From NCBI GenBank assembly GCA_000002435.2, contig CM018790.1: a stretch of DNA of 64,000 nt; one strand, written 5' to 3'. Both the position numbers and the translations under genes were made by a program. The stretch comes from Giardia intestinalis. Taxonomy: Eukaryota. Below the pieces are notes generated by a model. It saw only the letters and a program-made list of their open reading frames with translations, did not search any database and had not been told where the DNA came from. Shown piece by piece: positions 53,459 to 63,125 of this stretch (its first letter is position 1; every line of letters begins with the position of its first letter).

Positions 53459-54562
53459 TTATGCTTCCTTTTGAAAGCCCTTTATTTGCCTAATGAGAAG
53501 CCGAACGCACTTGGAGAGGGCATGGCTTTCGAGGTCCTTCAAGCCATATGAAATTTCGGCCGAATATACTATGAACCCGCCGATTAGAGACAATAATCTA
53601 TCGTTGTAGGTGCCTTCCTTGACTGCTGTATGAAGGCAATCAATATGAACTACCATTATAGCACTAGGTGTGAAGGGTTGTATCTCCTGAGGTGGATCTA
53701 AAGCTGCATCTGGGTGGGCCATTGCATACAGCTGCTCGATTAACTTTGTGAGCTGGTGTTTCCGGTTAGTATCTATAAAGGAGTACCTCGCCAGAAAGAG
53801 CACGTATAAGAGTGCAAAGCTCTCAATGCACTTGGCATCATGCACTATCCCCGCTTTAAAGTAGAAGTCCCAGCAACGCGTTGCTTCTCTGACGTCTCCA
53901 CCAAGAATGCCAGCAATAATACTAACTCTTGCAGCACACGTGGCCTCCTTTCCTTCTACACCTTGTACGCGATAGTCATACCGTATGGCATATATCCGCG
54001 CCTGAAACAAAAGGTAGTTAGGGTCGTACGGCGGGTCTAGGAGTTCAGGAGTTGGATCCGGCCGTGGCACAATGTTAGACTCAAAGAACTCTCTGCTGAA
54101 GACGTCTAGAGCTTTAGCTAGGGTGTCCGGCGTTCTCACTTCACTGGCTAAAGGTATATCAGCAGAACGTGTCATCCTCTTATCTATCTGAGTGGACTTG
54201 CCAATCACTGTGGAAGCTGAGATGAACTCTTGCTTTTCCTGGTTATACTTTTTGACAGAGTTACTTAGCTCAGTGCTCAACCGCTGGTCCTTGGCAGCTT
54301 GCTCTGCAGCCTTACTTGCTTGGATGTCTGTGTAATTAGCGCGGAACTCTGCGAGGCTTTTCTTATCTTTTACGAGGCAGTTATACAAATCAGTGATCCA
54401 CTTGTCGTGATCCTTTTGCTTAAGGATTCCAAGTATCTTTGGGTATTCAAACTTGCAGGTGGACTGGAGCCTCCTTAGGATTTTCAACCGTCCAGAGACC
54501 CGTGCAGCATCAGCCAATCCGATGTTCTGACGAGCACTCTTTTCAAAAGTATCGAAGTCCAT
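53459..54562 (-). CDS. Hypothetical protein (367 aa), helical
   Basis: A clean ORF with ATG at 54562. It is divergently paired with GCN1 across a 36-bp spacer. No confident domain call; it may be a PCI-like helical bundle. Confidence 0.5.
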   Translation of the reverse strand: MDFDTFEKSARQNIGLADAARVSGRLKILRRLQSTCKFEYPKILGILKQKDHDKWITDLYNCLVKDKKSLAEFRANYTDIQASKAAEQAAKDQRLSTELSNSVKKYNQEKQEFISASTVIGKSTQIDKRMTRSADIPLASEVRTPDTLAKALDVFSREFFESNIVPRPDPTPELLDPPYDPNYLLFQARIYAIRYDYRVQGVEGKEATCAARVSIIAGILGGDVREATRCWDFYFKAGIVHDAKCIESFALLYVLFLARYSFIDTNRKHQLTKLIEQLYAMAHPDAALDPPQEIQPFTPSAIMVVHIDCLHTAVKEGTYNDRLLSLIGGFIVYSAEISYGLKDLESHALSKCVRLLIRQIKGFQKEA

Positions 54563-54598
54563 AGACGCAGCCCTCGAGTTAGACTGACCAAATTAAAA
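54563..54598. promoter_or_regulatory. Ultra-short (36 bp) divergent promoter spacer
   Basis: 'agacgcagccctcgagttagactgaccaaattaaaa' separates divergent ATGs at 54562 (-) and 54599 (+). An AT-rich initiator 'ccaaattaaaaATG' abuts the GCN1 start. Confidence 0.4.
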
Positions 54599-57500
54599 AT
54601 GTCCGGCCGCCACTCTTCGGAGCAGGAGATTGAAAAGTTAACGAAGCAGGCCGAAGAGACTTTAGTCTTAGACCACCTGCCAGCGATCGCTAAGTATGGG
54701 TCGACCGAACAGATCCTTCGCCTCTGGCCGATAATGCTTACAGATGCGCGGCGGCTCACTGGCCGCTACATTCGTTCTTACGAGTACGTTCTCCGTTATG
54801 CGCTTAAGCACGTCGATGACTCTCTGCCCGCCGAGGTTGAGCGCCTCCTGGGCTGCTTGACTTCTCTAATGCAGAGACAACCAACAGCGTTTTTGACATT
54901 TCTCGTTGAGTCGCTGAGTCATTGGCACACTTACGTGATAGCTAGTGTCAAATTGCGGGACTATCTCCTGTCTCTTCTCTTTGACGCATATCTGGAAGAC
55001 AAGCCAAGAGTGGATAGCACTAAGCTGCGAGCTGCGATACTAAACTGCAGGGATAGTAGCTTTACGATCTGCCGGATCATTTCGGGAGATTTGTCTATGC
55101 AGAAAAAGACATCTTTAACTATTCGTAACATTGATTCATTGTTAAGCCTTTTAACGCAGTCCCGAGATAGCCATATATCTAACGAATATGACCTCCTTAT
55201 TAATAAGCTTGGCGAAGTGCTTAATGCAAAAGCGTCGACTCGCTTGCAGGGCACGCTACTGTTTCTTTTAAATACGACGCAAAATCCTGCAACTACCTTG
55301 GCCAATCTGGCTGACACATTTAAGCTATACTTAGGTGAAGACGTCTTTTTACACTTACTAAGAATTTATGGATCCTCAGTTGCTGTAACTGAGCCGTTCG
55401 TAGATGAGATACCCATAGATTCTGACTACTTTGATCAAAAACTGGCTGTGATAGAGGCAAGCTATCTTAAGTCACCATTAGTAACACTTGATACTATCTT
55501 TACGGTGCTTCACGAATATTGCAGACAGGCCTCCACAGATACATTGCTTGCTAGCTTTTCCCTTTTCTGGAGTAGATTGTACAAACTATTGTTGCATACT
55601 GATACCATTCACTCTACCTACACCCCAGTTGTGGGCCTTTTGCTCACGTGCCTTGCGTCTATTTTCGCATCGTCTCTTCACAGGGAGGAAAGAATACGAA
55701 CTTGGGAGGAGATTCTTTATCAAGGACTTATTGCACGTGCATTTAACGACGTTGATCATCTAGCTCTTCTGAATGCCTCCTTTCGCGCCATTGGGCCACT
55801 GCCGGCAGATCATGGGAAGCTTTGGCTATGCTTGGCTTACATGCACTTCTCGGTTCGCACTAACTTGATTCGGGGATACTCTTGGTCTGCACCCACTAGA
55901 GTATCTATATCCAGCTTCGATTCATGTTCACAGCTCCTTTATAAGCTCATTTGCAGTGTAGATCTTCAGGTATTCTTCAGGCAGACACGCCATCTTCTCA
56001 CACACTCTTCGATTTCATGTCTTGTTACTAGTCTGTGCCAGTCTATGCGGTTAGATCCTAGCATTGCTGAGCTTCTAAGCCTCACTGATAAGGACAGGTC
56101 GATTTTGTGTGCATCATCTCAAACTGTATCTGATCTCCACTCTCCACGTCTTCAGCCGCCCGAGATGCCTAAGCTAGATCCGGATGATCTAAAGGGGGAG
56201 CAACAGTACAAACAGAGTCTTGCCAAGTACAACGAAGTGCGAGCTCAGGTTCTCGCATTTGAAGATACCCGGCGGAAGCATATCCTTGGTCTTCTGGACT
56301 CTCTGGAGCAGCGTATTTGGACATATGTGACAGCGTGGGCGTCATTCCCATCACAATTTGTCGCCTCCACACTTAAGCAGGCTACTGCGCTTGCGCTAGA
56401 GCTTGCTTCTGCCGTTGACGGGCTCTCTTCATCCAGTGCATCGGCACTTGTCAAGATACTCGTGGCCTTACTGAACTATGGGCTCTCTCTTTGTATTGAG
56501 AAAGCTCTCAATAAGTGCTCTTCAGATACTCATGAAGATACCGGACCCGGGGGTAAGTTCAGGTACTCTTTCATCCCGTGTTATATACATAACCCGGCGT
56601 TTCTTATTATGGCCATTATACTCTTGATAAAGAGGACAGGTGAGCAGTCCAATCGGCAGCTTTATGACCACTTTCTTTCAATACTATCTTCGAACGATGT
56701 ACAGGCCCGCATCAGACAACAGAACCGTCTCTACATGCAAATTGCGTTCACAAACTGCTTGGCAAATAATGTGCTTGTCGGTGGAGAATCTTTCCAATCG
56801 TTGGCCTACCTATCAAATGTCGCTTGTTACACGCTTTCTTCTCAATCTACGGTGGGGCATGGTTCATACTTTATGCTTCAAGCTGCTATGCCGTTATTCC
56901 ACGCATTTCTTGATGTCGAAGACAAGACCGTTGTTACACTAAGCGCAAAACAGTTAATCTTTGAATATATGAATGCCGTATTGGTCGTCACTCCTGAAGC
57001 CGTTCAACAATCGATGCCTAGGCAGTTCTATCGGGACTTTCTAGAGCAGCTCCTGAAGCTTCTGGACTATGGGGAGTCATCTAGATTGGGACGCACGATT
57101 CTAAAGATCTTCTGTGAAAACATACCATTTAGCTGCGTAGACTCATCTATAATTCAGCCTCTACTGAAGAATATGTCCCATCCAACTCAGAGATCGAACA
57201 GACACATGGCTATCGACGGGCTAATGGCCTTAAAGTTCACTACTCAAGATCTTCAGCACAGGCCATCTTTGATTAACACCCCAGAGCTTTGCTGTCAGTT
57301 CTTTATTGCTAGAACAGAGTTCCCCTTGGACAATTTTGACCGATTCATTGCCTCCCATCTCCACACGCCCCTACTTGTGGAGCAGCCAGTAGGGCTTCTC
57401 AGAGCGTTTTTAACATATGTTCTAACGACTAACTGCTCACTATATGTCTTAGGTCTTTTCCCAAAAACCCTGGAGAACCTTCTTGGGCGGCTTTTACAAT

Positions 57501-60500
57501 ATGAGCAGCGTACCATTTATCTTGCTTATATCATCCTTATTAACAAGCTTGTGTGCTCCTATACAACTGTTGAGGACTCGCCTGTGGACGTTGGGACTCC
57601 CGCTGCGTTTTTGCGACGTCAGCTGTGGACAGCCATCTCTATTGTCACTCAGCTATTGACGGCCAATAACATCACTGTTTTTCAGTGCCAGCAAGCAGTT
57701 ACCGTTCTAGGCGCCCCAGAGCTTCTTCTAGCAGGGTCTCTTTCAATGCTCCCGTCACACTCGTTTCCAATAGCATGTAATATAACGCTCAATGAGCATT
57801 CTTCGGAGAAGCACAGAAGGATCCAGAAACTGAGGGAAGAGTGCTTATTTGTACGCTGTAATACTTCGGCTCCAGAAGACCTTAAGGTTAACCCGCATCT
57901 TGTTGTGGTGCCGAACTATTTCAGTGAGGACATAGTACTGGATACTTTACGGGCAAGTCCTTATATTTTTGTCCATCAGGATCCCGCAGAGCTGTCGTGT
58001 TTAGAACTGCTTGTTAGGTTTGCCTTGGTCGTGGGCTTTTTGGACTTCGACGAGAGCTGTCGGCGCAGCTGTGTAGACGCTATTTCGTCCATTTTCATGT
58101 CTTACGGAGTCAAATATAAAAACCAAATTTGCTTCATCAAAAGCTCGACAAGGAATGATTACATGGCCTCTGTAGTAATCCCCGAGTCTGCCATTTATCT
58201 CGCACAGTCTGCTGTAGATTATGGAACACTCTTATTGAAGCATGGCAATTTCTACAAGTATTTACTGCACCAGGAGTCCCTCATCCACTATCTGGATATA
58301 AATGGGATCTCCTCGATCATCACTGTCCTGACAGATGTATGCTCCTGGCTTCCATGCTCTCACTCCTTCCGAGATCAATTCTTTGACTTCCTCACGGAAG
58401 CATTGAAGCTTCAGGACAATACAGACAGCCGTGTTCTTTACCATGCTATTGTGAGGAATGTCTCTCGTGCGTTTCCTCCAGATGCTCCAGAAGCCCTGGA
58501 ATATGCCATCAAGGTGCTGATACCTCGCTTTGGGGATACATGCATTAAGCATCTTGACACGTATCCAGGGGCTCCTTTCGCTCTGGCCGGTATCTCTGCA
58601 TATTATGGCCTGGAGTGCTTAATTGGGGATCAGGGGGTAATTTCAACATACCTCCTCCCTCTCTTTGGGCCAGCAGATCATATCAGTACTCTTGGAAAGG
58701 CTAGCACCACTGAGGTGCGCCAAATACTAGTTGCGTTGGCTCTCCTGGAAGGACTCTACATCGGATTTGGACAGCTATTTGAGCCTTGCTTGGTCCTTGT
58801 TTTGCCATACATATTGAAGCTCTCTGGATCGCCTAACAAAACTATTGCTCAGAGGCTTGATGAAATACATGAAAAGCTTCTCGGCAACTTGTCTCCCTTT
58901 GGCATGCAGTATATCCTGTCAACTCTTCTAAAGGCGCTAGATGCATCATCCGATTGGAACGAACGTTACGGTGCCCTCACGCTCATGTATTGCATCTGCA
59001 CATTCAATAGTGCCGTCATCTCGCATTCCCTACTTAAGAGCATTATCTTCAGCATGCTTCCTCGCGTGATTCCCGTTGTTCTAGACATCATCGTGTCTGA
59101 AGTTAATGCTAAGGTCAAAGAAGCTGCGCAGAAAACCATGGACATCATTACCCTATCAGTGCAATCACCAGACATACGCCCATATGTTTCGCGGATACTA
59201 GCTGCATTCACAGACCCGTCGCTACTTCGAGACATTCTCTGCGACGTGTCAGACATAAAGTTTAAGACCAAGCTTGACGGCGCATCTTTGACTCTGCTAG
59301 TTCCTCTTTGCAGAAAGGCTATAACGATGCCCACGGCAACTATATACAGCATTGGGAGAAACAGGATGGACGGTGTACATACAAAGGTGCTTGCTTGCGA
59401 ATGTTTGGCTCTTTGCTGCAAGATTAGCAACACTATGGATCTCAAGGAGCACGCAGCCTTGATTAAACAGTCTCTGAAGTCTACCTTGATAGAGACAAGG
59501 CCTGAGATACGCTCTGCTGGTGCAAAATCGCTTGCCATTCTTGCGACTGCCATTCCAGCTGACGCTAACGGCATTGTTAATGAGCTCTGGTCGAGCATCT
59601 TCCTTAAGAGTAAGGTCCCGTACGCGGAAGCACACGGATTAGCAGAGGCTATTAGCACAGTTCTGGTTGATCTAGATCGGGCTGACGAACTTTACCAGCA
59701 CCTACGTTTATTCTACTACTTCCGTTGCAATTGGACGTTTGGGAAGCAATCGCTGGAGATCTCCGACACCATGGCAGATCATCTTTGTCGGCAGTATCAA
59801 TCTGCTAACGCCGTTACCTTCCTTTTAATATTGCAATATATGACCAAGCGCATTGTGGAGCGTAAGGACCTTGACCAAGAAGCGGAATTTATCAAGCTTT
59901 TCTTCAGAGAGGCGTTCTCGATGATCTTTATATCGGCTATGGATAACGTTCAGGATGCAAGTTATTTCCTTGATGTGCGTTCTCAAATTGCTCGTATCTT
60001 GGCAACGTCCTTCCTCGGTACAGACAACTCTCAAATAGAATCTATTCTGCAGACGATAAAGATCTTTGCCTTTTCTGAGGATCATTCAACAAGGGCGCTT
60101 TGTGCATCTCTTACGGCAGATATTATCAGCGACTTGGGGTCAGAGACTATGTCCACTATCCTAGAGTCCCAGCCAGATGACAAGAGCAAGAAGGCTAAGG
60201 CTCTACTCAATGAAGCTTACTATTCTCTGGGAGAAAGAAGTGAGAAAACAAAGATCTTCATTCCAGACAATGCTGTTAAGCATGCCATTACACGTCTTGG
60301 GAAGAGCAACTTCGAACTGCTTATGTCCATCATCTTTGTGCTGCGACTAGATCCTGTCTCAGAGGTGCGAACTCAGGCGATGACCACGTGGAAGGCCATC
60401 GTCCAAAAGCCTCTGGAGATGACACGGGAGTGTATGCCCAATATCAACAAGCTTCTTTTCGAAATGAGCAACTGTATTGACCCCACAGAGGTAGTCGAGC

Positions 60501-63097
60501 CAGACGTATTCAGCTATCCGCTAATCGTAGACCTAACTATTCAGGACCTTGTCCGCATGTCTAAGACCTATGCCTCTGAGTACTTCTACCCTATGCTTGT
60601 AGCTATCGTTCTGGACGCTGATATGAGCTCTAGCGATATGGACACCGACGTGTCTTCTGCCCTTTACATACTCTCTGTTCTTTTGAAGCATCTGCCGCCT
60701 CCTGCCGACACTGTTAGTGAGCAGCTGATTGGTAAGGTGTCCCTCTGTCTATCTAGCTCCAATGTGCTGATTTCGTACAGCGCTGCTAATCTCTTTTCGT
60801 CATTCGGTGCTGGTGGCGAAGCTTCTATAGATGTTACGTCTATAGTCGTCGACCCGCTACTTACCGACGTTCTTGAGTCTAGTAGCTCTGCTGACAAATC
60901 CATTGTCACTTTGGTGTCTCTTTGTCACAAGAAGAGGGCCACCATGGTGACTGTGATAGATAGACTGTTGACTATACTTGAGGAGGACTTGCTGGGAACT
61001 TGTGAAAAGAACCAGAGAGTCGCACGATTTATGGAAGAGTGCTTGACAGGTCTCCCGAGACCGTTCTACTCTGCCGTAAAGGATATCTTCCAGAGAGTGT
61101 CTAGATCCCTTTCATCACTAAGCGAAGAAGCTCTCTCAGATACCGATCTCCTCGTCAACTTTAAGACACATCCAGTCGGTTGCATCCTGAAGGCAATCGT
61201 TCTATGTATTGGAGATGATAAAGACTCGTTACTGATGCTCGAACGGTATTGCAGAGATAACTTTGAGTCTCCGTTCTTTGGTCAGCTTGTTTGTGCGTTT
61301 TATGTACTCCAGCTTCTCCTGGATCCGTCTAGCTCCGATGATCTGTACGTAAGCATCATCAATGATTCTGATTATATCAAGGCTATTCTGCGTGCAGTGT
61401 GCTTAGCTATGAGCCGTAGGGGTTTAGCAGGAAGCATACTGGCTACGATGAATGTGCTGCACAGCCTAACTAAGTCTGCTGGGGCGAGCAACTACGATTT
61501 TCTAACAGCATTTGCATATGGTCTGTATATGGGGCTGCGCTCAGCATTGGCGTTGAACTCAGGCCATCTCGTGGTGGCCACCCAGGTAGATCTCTCTCCC
61601 CTTTTGGATATCCTGATGTCTCTACTGTCAAACAAGCTGACGACAAACGAGTCTGTTCAGAATGCTGTATTTACTAGCAGTCTCTTTCTCTTGCACACTG
61701 CTGGGAGCGTGCCCCATGGGCAAAAATCAAGCCCTGGAGTTGCGACGGTGATCATTGATGAGGTGCCTATTTTCGTCAACACAGAAGAGGCAACAAAGCC
61801 TTTGAAGCCCTATGTTACACGCCTTGTTGGGCGAACTTTGAATATACTGAATGACCAGCTTCCTCTGGACATTAGATCAAAACTTCTTGACATGCTGAGC
61901 ACCATTCTTGCTCTATCGCCAGCCAATTGCAGGATCTTTGAAGGATCTATTCGCATAACTATTATGACTAAGAAAGGACTCACCTCCGCAGCCAAAGATG
62001 TTCGCACAGCGGCTGCAAGAGTAATTAGAACGTTAACTAAGATAACCACAAAACCAGAGCAGTTAGCATATATTCTACTGTCCCTGGCTGTATCGTACAG
62101 CTCTGCGACGCACCAAGTTGCAATCTCTTCTGAGAGCGTGGACATTAATGTCTCTGTACTATCGTGTCTTGCAGATCTTTTGCAGACTGTGACTCTTAAC
62201 CAGTCAGCACCTTTGAGCAAGATTGCTACCTTGCCATTGACGCAATCAATTCTGGACTCAATTATATCTTACATATATCGCTGTTACGTTTTTGATGCTA
62301 TTCCTGCCTATAAGGGCCCTGCAGCTGAATGTGTCGCTTCGGCCGTTCTGCAGCTTCCAGCTGACAAAGCAATAGAGTGTATTATGAACTATGTCTTTGA
62401 AAAGAGTCCAGATAATCTGATAACTGCCGAACAAAATCGCATAGCCCTTAAGCTCATAACAGCAACTCCGGTGAAGCTTTCAGCAGAGACAGCCCAACCG
62501 TCTGGAATAGAACTTCTGCTGCTAGCCCATGAGGCATACAATAGGCTTAATGGAATCAGTGAGCTAATCGACTGTTGGCTCAAGCAGCGCATAGACAAGG
62601 CATCAGAGTCGCACGACCACCTTGTTCTTCTGGAGTTATACGCTGAGGTGTTCCATGTGGCAGGATCGTTTGTTTCTACCGCTGGCACCTCTTCGCCTCT
62701 GTGCGCTAAGATCACTGAGCTTATTGCTCCTAGTATTAACTGTCTTGAGACTGTTCTTAGAGTGCTCGTCAACCCAGCCCAAAAGGGAACCACCGATCAC
62801 AAATTGGCGACTATTGCTATCCTCAGCCGTTGCGTCTCCAGTGGCGAGCTTTCGGAGGCTCACCTCAAGCTTCTAGCAATATACATTGCCGTAGAGCTGA
62901 AGATTCTTCTTTGTGACAAGAGTCAGCCGGTAATGACAGCGGCAGAGGAGCTATTTGTGTCCCTATTCCGCTTGCAGTATGGTATGGACTTTGCAATGTC
63001 GATATTTACTCAGCTAAAAGAATCGAACGAGGGCTTCGCCAAGGAGCTCCAGGCTTACTCCGAGATGCTCAGGAAGAGGCTCAGAGCGCACAGCTAG
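54599..63097 (+). CDS. GCN1: GCN1-like HEAT-repeat translational activator (2832 aa)
   Basis: 'LRLDPVSEVRTQAMTTWKAIVQKPLEMTRECMPNINKLLF' matches human GCN1 '[40 protein letters not shown]'. 'DLKEHAALIKQSLKSTLIETRPEIRSAGAKSLAILA' matches '[39 protein letters not shown]'. The size and HEAT-like repeat composition fit. A TAGTAAAC stop/polyA motif lies at 63095-63102. Confidence 0.65.
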   Translation: MSGRHSSEQEIEKLTKQAEETLVLDHLPAIAKYGSTEQILRLWPIMLTDARRLTGRYIRSYEYVLRYALKHVDDSLPAEVERLLGCLTSLMQRQPTAFLTFLVESLSHWHTYVIASVKLRDYLLSLLFDAYLEDKPRVDSTKLRAAILNCRDSSFTICRIISGDLSMQKKTSLTIRNIDSLLSLLTQSRDSHISNEYDLLINKLGEVLNAKASTRLQGTLLFLLNTTQNPATTLANLADTFKLYLGEDVFLHLLRIYGSSVAVTEPFVDEIPIDSDYFDQKLAVIEASYLKSPLVTLDTIFTVLHEYCRQASTDTLLASFSLFWSRLYKLLLHTDTIHSTYTPVVGLLLTCLASIFASSLHREERIRTWEEILYQGLIARAFNDVDHLALLNASFRAIGPLPADHGKLWLCLAYMHFSVRTNLIRGYSWSAPTRVSISSFDSCSQLLYKLICSVDLQVFFRQTRHLLTHSSISCLVTSLCQSMRLDPSIAELLSLTDKDRSILCASSQTVSDLHSPRLQPPEMPKLDPDDLKGEQQYKQSLAKYNEVRAQVLAFEDTRRKHILGLLDSLEQRIWTYVTAWASFPSQFVASTLKQATALALELASAVDGLSSSSASALVKILVALLNYGLSLCIEKALNKCSSDTHEDTGPGGKFRYSFIPCYIHNPAFLIMAIILLIKRTGEQSNRQLYDHFLSILSSNDVQARIRQQNRLYMQIAFTNCLANNVLVGGESFQSLAYLSNVACYTLSSQSTVGHGSYFMLQAAMPLFHAFLDVEDKTVVTLSAKQLIFEYMNAVLVVTPEAVQQSMPRQFYRDFLEQLLKLLDYGESSRLGRTILKIFCENIPFSCVDSSIIQPLLKNMSHPTQRSNRHMAIDGLMALKFTTQDLQHRPSLINTPELCCQFFIARTEFPLDNFDRFIASHLHTPLLVEQPVGLLRAFLTYVLTTNCSLYVLGLFPKTLENLLGRLLQYEQRTIYLAYIILINKLVCSYTTVEDSPVDVGTPAAFLRRQLWTAISIVTQLLTANNITVFQCQQAVTVLGAPELLLAGSLSMLPSHSFPIACNITLNEHSSEKHRRIQKLREECLFVRCNTSAPEDLKVNPHLVVVPNYFSEDIVLDTLRASPYIFVHQDPAELSCLELLVRFALVVGFLDFDESCRRSCVDAISSIFMSYGVKYKNQICFIKSSTRNDYMASVVIPESAIYLAQSAVDYGTLLLKHGNFYKYLLHQESLIHYLDINGISSIITVLTDVCSWLPCSHSFRDQFFDFLTEALKLQDNTDSRVLYHAIVRNVSRAFPPDAPEALEYAIKVLIPRFGDTCIKHLDTYPGAPFALAGISAYYGLECLIGDQGVISTYLLPLFGPADHISTLGKASTTEVRQILVALALLEGLYIGFGQLFEPCLVLVLPYILKLSGSPNKTIAQRLDEIHEKLLGNLSPFGMQYILSTLLKALDASSDWNERYGALTLMYCICTFNSAVISHSLLKSIIFSMLPRVIPVVLDIIVSEVNAKVKEAAQKTMDIITLSVQSPDIRPYVSRILAAFTDPSLLRDILCDVSDIKFKTKLDGASLTLLVPLCRKAITMPTATIYSIGRNRMDGVHTKVLACECLALCCKISNTMDLKEHAALIKQSLKSTLIETRPEIRSAGAKSLAILATAIPADANGIVNELWSSIFLKSKVPYAEAHGLAEAISTVLVDLDRADELYQHLRLFYYFRCNWTFGKQSLEISDTMADHLCRQYQSANAVTFLLILQYMTKRIVERKDLDQEAEFIKLFFREAFSMIFISAMDNVQDASYFLDVRSQIARILATSFLGTDNSQIESILQTIKIFAFSEDHSTRALCASLTADIISDLGSETMSTILESQPDDKSKKAKALLNEAYYSLGERSEKTKIFIPDNAVKHAITRLGKSNFELLMSIIFVLRLDPVSEVRTQAMTTWKAIVQKPLEMTRECMPNINKLLFEMSNCIDPTEVVEPDVFSYPLIVDLTIQDLVRMSKTYASEYFYPMLVAIVLDADMSSSDMDTDVSSALYILSVLLKHLPPPADTVSEQLIGKVSLCLSSSNVLISYSAANLFSSFGAGGEASIDVTSIVVDPLLTDVLESSSSADKSIVTLVSLCHKKRATMVTVIDRLLTILEEDLLGTCEKNQRVARFMEECLTGLPRPFYSAVKDIFQRVSRSLSSLSEEALSDTDLLVNFKTHPVGCILKAIVLCIGDDKDSLLMLERYCRDNFESPFFGQLVCAFYVLQLLLDPSSSDDLYVSIINDSDYIKAILRAVCLAMSRRGLAGSILATMNVLHSLTKSAGASNYDFLTAFAYGLYMGLRSALALNSGHLVVATQVDLSPLLDILMSLLSNKLTTNESVQNAVFTSSLFLLHTAGSVPHGQKSSPGVATVIIDEVPIFVNTEEATKPLKPYVTRLVGRTLNILNDQLPLDIRSKLLDMLSTILALSPANCRIFEGSIRITIMTKKGLTSAAKDVRTAAARVIRTLTKITTKPEQLAYILLSLAVSYSSATHQVAISSESVDINVSVLSCLADLLQTVTLNQSAPLSKIATLPLTQSILDSIISYIYRCYVFDAIPAYKGPAAECVASAVLQLPADKAIECIMNYVFEKSPDNLITAEQNRIALKLITATPVKLSAETAQPSGIELLLLAHEAYNRLNGISELIDCWLKQRIDKASESHDHLVLLELYAEVFHVAGSFVSTAGTSSPLCAKITELIAPSINCLETVLRVLVNPAQKGTTDHKLATIAILSRCVSSGELSEAHLKLLAIYIAVELKILLCDKSQPVMTAAEELFVSLFRLQYGMDFAMSIFTQLKESNEGFAKELQAYSEMLRKRLRAHS

Positions 63098-63102
63098 TAA
63101 AC
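63095..63102 (+). terminator. Putative polyadenylation signal (AGTRAAY-type) overlapping the GCN1 stop
   Basis: 'TAGTAAAC' places the stop codon TAG inside an AGTAAAC motif. Similar AGTAAAT or AGTGAAT motifs occur 3-15 nt after the stops at 15631, 38189, 40599 and 47915. Confidence 0.4.
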
Positions 63103-63125
63103 TTAGAATCGCTTTCTTTTCAAAA

